This document shows, in pieces, positions 8,886 through 17,030 of a stretch of 64,000 nt of DNA. How positions within the stretch are numbered: the first letter of the stretch is position 1; every line of letters starts with the position of its first letter. Where the stretch lies: sequence record PZ862964.1. The stretch is one strand, 5' to 3'. Source of the stretch: a phage. The translations under genes and the position numbers were made by a program. The notes below the pieces were generated by a model that saw only the letters and a program-made list of their open reading frames with translations, was not told the origin of the DNA and did not search any database.

Positions 8886-9087
8886 TTCAAAATCTGATTA
8901 TTTTAATTCTCTCAATGATAAAGATAAAAATCTAATACGGCATTTTATTGTTGAGATGGGATATACGGATACACGCGATTTAAGAGAACATATATTTGAA
9001 TGTGGTGTAGCTAAAAAGTTTTCATTCACATGCAAATGTTTGAGAGAGGTAATTCAGCACTATGAACAATTTAGTCGCAAAACATAA
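8869..9087 (+). CDS. hypothetical protein (72 aa)
   Basis: ORF overlapping previous by 17 nt; start uncertain. Confidence 0.45.
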   Translation: MAREINSKSDYFNSLNDKDKNLIRHFIVEMGYTDTRDLREHIFECGVAKKFSFTCKCLREVIQHYEQFSRKT

Positions 9088-9170
9088 TTTTAATAAAGCT
9101 TCTGTTCATAAGGATAAGAAGAAAGCGTTTAAAGAATCTAATCGCAAACAGAAACATAAGGGGAAGGTCT

Positions 9171-9449
9171 ATGATTATTGATTCTCAATCCGTGGTTCAA
9201 TACACAATCAAAATTGATATTCTAGAAAAGCTATATAAGTTTCTACCAAATTTATACCACTCAATTGTTAATGAATTAGTTGAAGAACTACATCTTGAGA
9301 ATAACGATTTCTTGATTGGAACTTATAAAGACCTCTCAAAAGCAGGATATTTTTACGTAATTCCAGCTCCAGGAAAAAGTATTGATGATGTATTAAAAAC
9401 TATAATGATTTATGTCCATGATTACGAAATTGAAGATTATTTCGAATGA
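9171..9449 (+). CDS. hypothetical protein (92 aa), possible Arn-like anti-restriction protein
   Basis: SD AAGGGGAAGG upstream; 92 aa, same length as recalled T4 Arn, near asiA; assignment unverified. Confidence 0.5.
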   Translation: MIIDSQSVVQYTIKIDILEKLYKFLPNLYHSIVNELVEELHLENNDFLIGTYKDLSKAGYFYVIPAPGKSIDDVLKTIMIYVHDYEIEDYFE

Positions 9450-9598
9450 GTCATAATCTTGAAAAGGTAATCGAGCATAATGTAGCTCAGGAACGTGAAT
9501 CGTTCAAGGAATTCGTAGAAAAAATTTTTGAAGAAAATAACACAGACCAGTTTACAAATCAAGCGTCTGATGATATTATAACAAAGTCAACTAATTGA
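9446..9598 (+). CDS. hypothetical acidic protein (50 aa)
   Basis: ATG overlapping previous stop (ATGA); too short for ORF track. Confidence 0.4.
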   Translation: MSHNLEKVIEHNVAQERESFKEFVEKIFEENNTDQFTNQASDDIITKSTN

Positions 9599-9610
9599 GT
9601 GGTATAGTTA

Positions 9611-9883
9611 ATGAATAAAAATATTGATACAGTTCGTGAAATTATTACTGTTGCGTCTATTTTGATTAAATTTTCCAGAGAAGATATTGTTGAAAATCGT
9701 GCTAATTTTATTGCATTTCTGAATGAGATTGGAGTAACGCATGAAGGTAGAAAATTAAATCAGAATTCATTCCGTAAAATTGTTTCTGAATTAACTCAAG
9801 AAGATAAGAAAACCCTCATCGACGAATTCAACGAGGGTTTTGAGGGTGTATATCGATATCTAGAGATGTATACGAACAAATAA
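9611..9883 (+). CDS. asiA: anti-sigma70 factor AsiA
   Basis: 90-aa ORF MNKNIDTVREIITVASILIKFSREDIVENRANF...; agrees with recalled T4 AsiA. Confidence 0.9.
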   Translation: MNKNIDTVREIITVASILIKFSREDIVENRANFIAFLNEIGVTHEGRKLNQNSFRKIVSELTQEDKKTLIDEFNEGFEGVYRYLEMYTNK

Positions 9884-10540
9884 TTATTTAGCCCTTCCTA
9901 ATATTCTGGCCGCCTGAGCACATATTGATTCAAGGCGGTCATTACTTATATGATCATTTCTATACCAGTACATGGTTATCGTTCCAGCATAGATATTATC
10001 CAAATTAAAATATGGACAACTGTACATGTAGTTTATTTCGGGAGTAGGCTTTTTAGTTGGTAAAAAAGCAAATTTTGAGTTGGAATAATAATGACGTCCA
10101 TTTAAATGAACTGCATATTCATCCATAGTTTTATCAACAGGATATCCTCCAAGTGATTTTTCACTTATTGTTGAAGGTAATTTTCCTTCATATGCTATAA
10201 TATCAACAAAATAGTTTAAGTTTTTAGGGCGGAAAGAATACACCGCACTAAAGTCTGCCTCAGATGATATATGAACTATCTGGAGTTGTTCCAGGGCGAC
10301 AGATTCAAAGCGTGCATTTCTTTCCTTTTCAATAATTTCACTGTATGTTTCATACTTTGATTGCTTATAGTACTCAAAGAAACTATCTCCCCTATACCAA
10401 ACAATCGCCATCATAAATAAAAGAATTACGACAGCTACCCGGGAAGCAAGAACTTTCCCGGTAGCGTTATCTTTGAACAAGCGATCTAGAACACCAAATA
10501 GAATATCAGAGGGCGAAAATGATATTCTAGGTGCTGCCAT
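9884..10540 (-). CDS. t: holin T
   Basis: 218-aa ORF with N-terminal TM segment (VAVVILLFMMAIVWY) and large periplasmic domain; size and position after gene 38 as in T4. Confidence 0.9.
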   Translation of the reverse strand: MAAPRISFSPSDILFGVLDRLFKDNATGKVLASRVAVVILLFMMAIVWYRGDSFFEYYKQSKYETYSEIIEKERNARFESVALEQLQIVHISSEADFSAVYSFRPKNLNYFVDIIAYEGKLPSTISEKSLGGYPVDKTMDEYAVHLNGRHYYSNSKFAFLPTKKPTPEINYMYSCPYFNLDNIYAGTITMYWYRNDHISNDRLESICAQAARILGRAK

Positions 10541-10571
10541 AGACCCTCCTTTTAAGGATATTTATTCAAAA

Positions 10572-11378
10572 TTATACTCTTGAACCGTATATTGTACCAA
10601 CCTTAGTCCATGTTGGGGCATTTCCGGTAACAGCTTTACCCGCAGCGCCAGCGCCACTAGTTTGAAAGTTTGATGTACGAACAGCAGCGCCACCAGCTGA
10701 GCCAACATTACCACCCGCACCACTCATGTTATTACCATCAACAGTTACTTTACCACCTGCGGCGGTTAACGATGCATTACCACCATTACCTCGACCACCT
10801 CGACCACCAGTACCGAAAGGACGTCCGCCTCCACCACCAGCAACATTACCTAATGTGAAGTTATAATCTACGGACCAACCACCACCGCCACCGCCACCGC
10901 CAGCAATTGCGCCATTATTCGTAATACGTAAGCGTGTACCAATACCATTATTAATCGCTGTACCACCAGCAGTTGCTCGAACTAAAGCATCTCCAGAACC
11001 TCCACTAGATCCAGATCCATTACCTCCTCGGCCATAAACAGTAACGCCAGAGTTAATAATCAATGTCACATATTCATTAGTTAATGAACTAGGAAAATCT
11101 AAGCACGGAATAGTTGAAGAACTAGAAACAATATCTCCTGTTATTGTTACAACAGCAGGAGCTGTTCCAATTGATTTAAGCCAATTAATTAAAGTATCTT
11201 TATTATATGAATGATTTGAGCCAATTGAATAAGCTTTTTCAACTGACTTTCCTGCCATTGAACTCATCCAACCGGGAACTGAAACACGAACTGCTCTCAT
11301 CGCAGCATCCATCCAACGTTGTCCAGTTTCATTCACGGCAGATTCGCCAATCCAGCCAGGAACACCTACAATTGCCAT
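10572..11378 (-). CDS. 38: long tail fibre adhesin gp38 (T2-type, glycine-rich motifs)
   Basis: 268 aa; glycine-rich motifs (GGGGGGGGW, GGGGRPFGTGGRGGRGNGGN) between variable segments; located between gene 37 and t. Confidence 0.8.
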   Translation of the reverse strand: MAIVGVPGWIGESAVNETGQRWMDAAMRAVRVSVPGWMSSMAGKSVEKAYSIGSNHSYNKDTLINWLKSIGTAPAVVTITGDIVSSSSTIPCLDFPSSLTNEYVTLIINSGVTVYGRGGNGSGSSGGSGDALVRATAGGTAINNGIGTRLRITNNGAIAGGGGGGGGWSVDYNFTLGNVAGGGGGRPFGTGGRGGRGNGGNASLTAAGGKVTVDGNNMSGAGGNVGSAGGAAVRTSNFQTSGAGAAGKAVTGNAPTWTKVGTIYGSRV

Positions 11379-11408
11379 TAAAAATCCTTAGAGGGCCGAA
11401 GCCCTCTT

Positions 11409-14400
11409 TTACATAAGTTTAGATTCAAGTTCTTTTACACGAGCAGAAAGTGTTTTCACAGCTTCAACCAGAAGAGCAATCTGGGCTTGAGAAGAAACAG
11501 TGAGTATTTTATTACCCTTACTGTCTTCTGTTTCACGGACAGCTTCTGGTAAAACGTCTTGTAACGTTTGAGCCACAATACCCGCTTCAGTTTCAATTGC
11601 CTCTCCACCGATATATTCAGCTTTATCGTAAATGACACCGTTAAGTTTTTCAACTTTATCAAGTGCATTTTCGATAGGTTTGAAGTTAGATTTTAAACGA
11701 ATATCAGAACGAATATAAACGTTTGGAGCATTTATATTTTTGTATGAGTACAAATCACCGTTTTGGAAACGGAAAGTCTGTACACCATTCGCATATATGT
11801 CTAATAATCCATCGCCATTTTGCTTAATACCAGTGTCATTATCGCCAAACGCTATACTATTTCCACCAAGTGCGTTATTGATGTTAATACCAAATGAATT
11901 CATTTGATTAACACCAGCTACAGTAGCATTATTTACTACAAAGCGATTAGCTCCACCTGGTGTTTTTTCAAAGTAAGCAATATAGTTAGTTTCATCGGCA
12001 ATTTCAATACGGTTACCGCGAGAAGCATCGCCAGCATGAAATATTCTCATATTTCTCGGGTTAGCGCCTGATTTATCAAAGTTAATAGAACCATTATCTT
12101 TGACGTTTATGCTATTATAGAATAAAGCAGCGCTGCGAACAGCTATGCCATTATTCATCATCACTTCGCCGGTTGTTAAGTTAATTGCGAAAGGACGTTT
12201 ACTATTCCAATCGCCATTAACAGTTGCTGCGCCATCGGTGGCATTTTTATCTGTAAACAGAATATAAAAACTACCGCCATCATTTCGTAGCATTGTAGCA
12301 ACAGAACCAGTTTTATCGCTGTTGCTTCTGATACGAATACCGGTTTGGCTATTAATAGCTATTTCAGAATCGGCTTCATAACGCTTAACTTTACCGCGAT
12401 CAACCAAGTTATTAAGAACATTAGCAACTTGACCGTTAACTGCTGTGTCTGGAAGAGCATCTACAGGCGATTGTGTAGATGAGTTAATACCAATAACACT
12501 AACAGTAGCATTTTCGGTACATGACCACTCACAAGCTAATTGATTACAATATGTTCCAGCAGAAACATAAATGTCATATGTATCTCCAGAGACGTTATTA
12601 ACTGCAATATCTTTAAATGCAGCTCCAATTGTTCTTGTGTATAATGCAGCATTTAAGTCAGCAGGTCTTTCATTACTAGTACGTAAAACAATTTCAGCAA
12701 TATTACATTGTGTGAATAATCCGCTATTAAATCCAGAACCTCCAACTATTTTAAAGAAAACTGTCGAAGTGGATTGTGGCATTGTTACTGTTGCAAACTT
12801 ATACCATCCAGAGGTTGCTCCATAAGTAATAAATCCAGAATTAACTTTACGATTTAACGTGGTATTTAAGTTGGCAAAGTTTCCTGAACCATTGGTAATA
12901 TTACCGTCAGTTCCTAGTTGGGCGTTTCTGACTTTAAGAGGCTTAGTAATATCGACAGAATCAGAATTTAATGCAATACCATGTGAATATGTGTAGCTGT
13001 GCATACGAACGACGTTGCCGCCATCGCCAATACCCAAATACCATTTATTCACATCAGCCTTACGTCCTTGAATGAAGTTAGAAGACTCTTGTGTTGGAGC
13101 ATTTATTCTAATAGCATCGCTCGCTGCATTAACTATAATACGTTGACCAGCCGTAGTTCCAGCCACTTCTACTTTAAATCTACCGCCGCCGATATCTACA
13201 TCATGATCCATGGAAACTTTACCAGTACTTAATGTAATATAGAACGGACGTAAATTAGAAATACCACCTGATTCACCAGCATTCTGCGGGGTTGGAATAA
13301 TATAAAGCTTATCTTCAGAACGACGGAAAATTGCACCATATTCAGCATTCCAAATTCTTAATGCATCGGCAGTTCCGCCGATTTTAACTTGTCCAGTAAT
13401 AGAAGAACCACCTTGGACAAACAAACCATTAGACATGGTAACATTACCGACTAAAGTGCTTAATCCATTAACTTTAAAACTTCCGTCAGTAATAATACTT
13501 CCTCTAGCATTAACAGCTCCAGCAAACTGGGTTACAACAGGACCAGTAGTTTCTGAGCCGCTTGGGGCTACGCGTTGGGAATAAAAATAATAACCTTGTC
13601 CGTCAGCTACTTCAAAAACCGTTTCACGATTACGATCGCCAGATGCGTTAAATGAATTACCCCATGCTTTAACAGTTACATAGCTTTTATTCTGCCCAGC
13701 ACGAGTACCGCCTTCCCACAAAATTTGCTTAGTACCATCAATACCTGAAGCTGCTTTAAAAATTAGAGAAGCGTTAGTTCCATCACTATTAAAATATAAT
13801 CCATTATTAAGCTTTAATGTTTGAACAGAAGCGACTGTACCGTCAGCACGCAAACTTAATGTATTTGAAGCAGTTTTAATATCTAAAATTCCTGGTTCAA
13901 CAATAAGTCCTTCGGCCATACTAACGGACATTCTTCCTCTGCCTCTAAAATAATGATAAAATTTACCATTACTATTATAGCCAATATGTGTCTGACTATC
14001 TCCGTTATTATTTTGGTCAACTTCAGTACGAACTGAAAGAAGAGCTGCGTTCTGACCAGGAAGAAGCCACGTACTACCTTGGTCTTCCGAGCGCCCAAAA
14101 ATCGCTTTGCGCGTACTACGGAAACTATCAGGAGTAATAGATGCTAAAGAAAGACCACTAGCAACTAAATCATATACTCCAGTTTTTTTGTATGATAAAC
14201 CTGTTGATGCATCACCGATAACTATATAACATTCGCCCATTGCTCCAGCGGAGCCGTAGTTATTAATGTTTTCATCTGTTGTAATTGTACCAATTGCGAG
14301 TGAGCGTCGTAATACTAAAGCCCCATCATTACGAAGACCCATTTGTTTATTAACGGCTGTATTACCAGTCCACCAAGAAAGTTCATCACTTTTTCCGGTT

Positions 14401-15170
14401 TGCGCAGAAGCGATTTCATGGTAAATGGTTCCGCCTGATTTAGCTCGAACTTTACGAAGGTAATTGATTCCGTTTGTTTCACCGGTTCCAGGATAAACAT
14501 ATTGAACTAATGACTGCGAATCGTATTGTCCGAATGCTTTTGTATCAAAAACTATGGTTTTTGTATTAATCTGTGGAGCAGAAACTATTCCAGTAGCTGA
14601 ATTAATATTACCAGAAGCAGAAATATTACCAGTACGAACTTCAATACTACCAGAGTCTACAATGAAATTGCCGTTTCGATTAAAAGTCCAATATTTTGAA
14701 GTTCCCGATTCGTTGATATAATGAATCTTAAAACTTCCTTCATTTACTAATGTACCAGCTGAAAAAGTTCCATCTTTATAGCGTTGCTTAATGAGTGGAT
14801 GATATTCTGAAACAGAAGTAGTTGAACTTAAATCTGTAAAGATAGGAGCTTTATTTACATGTTGATTTGCCCACGCACCATTACCAGCTGTTTTAGGTAA
14901 AAATTCAATATATTTTCCTGCATAAACAAACTGATTTCCATTGAGATTGTATGTACCGTTCTGTAAATAATCACCAGTTTGAGTAATATTACCACTGATA
15001 TTACCACCAGCAGAAATGCTTAAATCAATGATATTTCCTGAATCATCTTTAGTAAAAATTGTTCTATCTTTTAAGTTTATAGCCAATTCACCTTCGGCTA
15101 ATACTGAAGCAGCAGGACGTGCACCTGCGGTTTTGCTTCTTTTAAATTGTATTTGTTTTAAAGTAGCCAT
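11409..15170 (-). CDS. 37: long tail fibre distal subunit gp37 with C-terminal intramolecular chaperone-like domain
   Basis: 1253-aa ORF in 34-35-36-37-38 order; C-terminal ~98 aa (SDIRLKSNF...GIVAQTLQDVLPEAV...) resemble S74-type self-cleaving chaperone domains. Confidence 0.85.
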   Translation of the reverse strand: MATLKQIQFKRSKTAGARPAASVLAEGELAINLKDRTIFTKDDSGNIIDLSISAGGNISGNITQTGDYLQNGTYNLNGNQFVYAGKYIEFLPKTAGNGAWANQHVNKAPIFTDLSSTTSVSEYHPLIKQRYKDGTFSAGTLVNEGSFKIHYINESGTSKYWTFNRNGNFIVDSGSIEVRTGNISASGNINSATGIVSAPQINTKTIVFDTKAFGQYDSQSLVQYVYPGTGETNGINYLRKVRAKSGGTIYHEIASAQTGKSDELSWWTGNTAVNKQMGLRNDGALVLRRSLAIGTITTDENINNYGSAGAMGECYIVIGDASTGLSYKKTGVYDLVASGLSLASITPDSFRSTRKAIFGRSEDQGSTWLLPGQNAALLSVRTEVDQNNNGDSQTHIGYNSNGKFYHYFRGRGRMSVSMAEGLIVEPGILDIKTASNTLSLRADGTVASVQTLKLNNGLYFNSDGTNASLIFKAASGIDGTKQILWEGGTRAGQNKSYVTVKAWGNSFNASGDRNRETVFEVADGQGYYFYSQRVAPSGSETTGPVVTQFAGAVNARGSIITDGSFKVNGLSTLVGNVTMSNGLFVQGGSSITGQVKIGGTADALRIWNAEYGAIFRRSEDKLYIIPTPQNAGESGGISNLRPFYITLSTGKVSMDHDVDIGGGRFKVEVAGTTAGQRIIVNAASDAIRINAPTQESSNFIQGRKADVNKWYLGIGDGGNVVRMHSYTYSHGIALNSDSVDITKPLKVRNAQLGTDGNITNGSGNFANLNTTLNRKVNSGFITYGATSGWYKFATVTMPQSTSTVFFKIVGGSGFNSGLFTQCNIAEIVLRTSNERPADLNAALYTRTIGAAFKDIAVNNVSGDTYDIYVSAGTYCNQLACEWSCTENATVSVIGINSSTQSPVDALPDTAVNGQVANVLNNLVDRGKVKRYEADSEIAINSQTGIRIRSNSDKTGSVATMLRNDGGSFYILFTDKNATDGAATVNGDWNSKRPFAINLTTGEVMMNNGIAVRSAALFYNSINVKDNGSINFDKSGANPRNMRIFHAGDASRGNRIEIADETNYIAYFEKTPGGANRFVVNNATVAGVNQMNSFGININNALGGNSIAFGDNDTGIKQNGDGLLDIYANGVQTFRFQNGDLYSYKNINAPNVYIRSDIRLKSNFKPIENALDKVEKLNGVIYDKAEYIGGEAIETEAGIVAQTLQDVLPEAVRETEDSKGNKILTVSSQAQIALLVEAVKTLSARVKELESKLM

Positions 15171-15178
15171 AAGTCCTC

Positions 15179-15844
15179 TTAATAATAGCCGAAATCTTGA
15201 ACAGAATCCTTAATTACGATTTGGTCAAATCGTGGAACGTGTGAAGGTTGAGATGCAGGATTCTGCGAGAAAAAGTTTGGCGCTGTTAAATTACCTGTCA
15301 TGGTGTCACCAGACCGTAGCACCCTAGAGTTTGCATTTACCGTAACAGTATTTATTGCTCCATCAACATAGTCCTTTCTAGTAAGGTCATTCGCTGCTAT
15401 AGGAGCGGTAACGTTAGAACGGACGGGTCCGATTGCATAAATACCACCCTTAGTGCTGATATCACCAGTACGAGTGTTAACAACAACAGTTCTACCTGCA
15501 GATCCTTGTGATGATTTAAAACCAATGCCATACCATGAAACAATATCAATATTTGCTGTATCAAAAGTAGCAGCGTCACCATTGCCAGGATAAATACCGC
15601 TTTGGTTTGTATTGTTTATAGCATATGGTATTTGCACGCCACTGTTAAATGTTACCTTTGAAGCGTAAGTACCACCATTAGCTTTAGAAACGAAATCGTT
15701 ATCAGCAGCTTGCGGTTTATTATATTCTGAATATATTTTAAATGATTTATAGAGTACATCGTCACCGGCCGGATTCAATGGAAAATTTCCTTGATGCCAA
15801 ATGACAGAGCCTCCAGTTGTTGAACCTACTTTTAAATCAGCCAT
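15179..15844 (-). CDS. 36: long tail fibre distal connector gp36
   Basis: 221-aa ORF, same size as recalled T4 gp36; preceded by TATAAATA late promoter. Confidence 0.85.
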   Translation of the reverse strand: MADLKVGSTTGGSVIWHQGNFPLNPAGDDVLYKSFKIYSEYNKPQAADNDFVSKANGGTYASKVTFNSGVQIPYAINNTNQSGIYPGNGDAATFDTANIDIVSWYGIGFKSSQGSAGRTVVVNTRTGDISTKGGIYAIGPVRSNVTAPIAANDLTRKDYVDGAINTVTVNANSRVLRSGDTMTGNLTAPNFFSQNPASQPSHVPRFDQIVIKDSVQDFGYY

Positions 15845-15867
15845 TGTATGCCCCTTTATTTTAATAG

Positions 15868-15875
15868 TATTTATA
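15868..15875 (-). promoter_or_regulatory. late promoter (TATAAATA) for gene 36
   Basis: TATAAATA on minus strand about 24 nt upstream of gene 36 ATG. Confidence 0.6.
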
Positions 15876-15883
15876 AAGAAAAA

Positions 15884-15901
15884 GGGAACCCGAAGGCTCC
15901 C
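15884..15901 (-). terminator. terminator-like hairpin between genes 35 and 36
   Basis: Minus strand GGGAGCC-TTCG-GGTTCCC followed by TTTTTCTTT. Confidence 0.55.
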
Positions 15902-15906
15902 TCAAT

Positions 15907-17022
15907 TTATACTTCTCTAAATTCTTGCCCAAACACTTTACCAGTTTTAGACGATGCTTGCGTAGGAAGTACCATTATATCTGGAGGTGAAGCAGATTCA
16001 CAGATATAATTAACACGAATACCGTTGACGCCAAATTCAGCAGGTTTTGAAATACCGCCGTTTCTTGATACTTCAGAAAAGCTTAAATTTCTCATGCCAC
16101 CTTGACCTGCTTGTGCAGTTCTCTGTGCGTATATCGTAAATCCTACTGCGTTTTCTGGAACAACTACATAATCTTCCTTTAATTCCCATGACCCAGCTTG
16201 TCCGGTAAATTCAGCTTGTGTCGAGGAAATATATCCATTTGATGCATTATAAAAACGGATAGATATATTTGTAGTTCCAAGAGCAAGTAAATCAGCATCA
16301 GCATATAACTGAGCTTTAAGATAAAGAACATCACCAGGAATTAAATTATAATCGGATAATTTACTTATAGCAGCTGAAGTTGGCAATCTCGCAATTTCGT
16401 TATTAGTTCCACCAACCGCTGACATGAATTGCTCAACGCTTTCATACGTTCTTCTTGGAAACCCGGTAGCTCCGACGTCTTCTAAACTGTCAAATACAAC
16501 ATCTAAAATAGTTTGATAATCATCTGTACTTTTTCTATTACTCAGTTTAACATGCTCTAATGCAATAGCTCTTTTAGAAGAAGTGTAAAAAGCAGCATAT
16601 GATACGTCGAATCTTGACAATATAGAATCAGATGGAAAGGCAGACGTTCCGGCGGTTCTTAGCCAAGATACTACTTCAGGAGGAAAATTAACCTTTCCGT
16701 TAGTTAATATAGCAACAATTCGATTATTCGTCAAAGAATTCATGAAACTAACAAAAGCAGCTGATGTAGTATCATTTGAAGTCGAAAAAGCATATGACTT
16801 ACTATCAACTAATGCTCCTGTAGAAGGGTCAAAAACTCTTAAATGAAGGCCTGCGCTAAATGTTTGACTTCCAACAGGATTATCTTGAAATTTAACGTAT
16901 GGTCCTGCCGTAGAAAGCGGGCAAGAACCCGCTATACTTATTTTATATCTTACTGAATTACTTTCCGATAAAAATGGCGTTTGGACATATCCTTGTCCAA
17001 ACTCTGCCATAAATTTTTCCAT
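15907..17022 (-). CDS. 35: long tail fibre hinge gp35
   Basis: 371-aa ORF between genes 34 and 36; size close to recalled T4 gp35. Confidence 0.85.
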   Translation of the reverse strand: MEKFMAEFGQGYVQTPFLSESNSVRYKISIAGSCPLSTAGPYVKFQDNPVGSQTFSAGLHLRVFDPSTGALVDSKSYAFSTSNDTTSAAFVSFMNSLTNNRIVAILTNGKVNFPPEVVSWLRTAGTSAFPSDSILSRFDVSYAAFYTSSKRAIALEHVKLSNRKSTDDYQTILDVVFDSLEDVGATGFPRRTYESVEQFMSAVGGTNNEIARLPTSAAISKLSDYNLIPGDVLYLKAQLYADADLLALGTTNISIRFYNASNGYISSTQAEFTGQAGSWELKEDYVVVPENAVGFTIYAQRTAQAGQGGMRNLSFSEVSRNGGISKPAEFGVNGIRVNYICESASPPDIMVLPTQASSKTGKVFGQEFREV

Positions 17023-17030
17023 AATACCTC

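Noticed and set aside
10670-10858. His/Tyr/Gln-rich 62-aa ORF on the + strand
   Set aside because: It lies entirely inside gene 38 on the opposite strand and is the complement of the glycine codon runs; no SD; not a gene.
10861-10910. Runs of CCACCGCC / GGTGG that could look like a simple repeat or CRISPR-like array
   Set aside because: They are in-frame glycine codons of gp38 (minus strand) with no spacer-repeat periodicity; no CRISPR array exists in the window.
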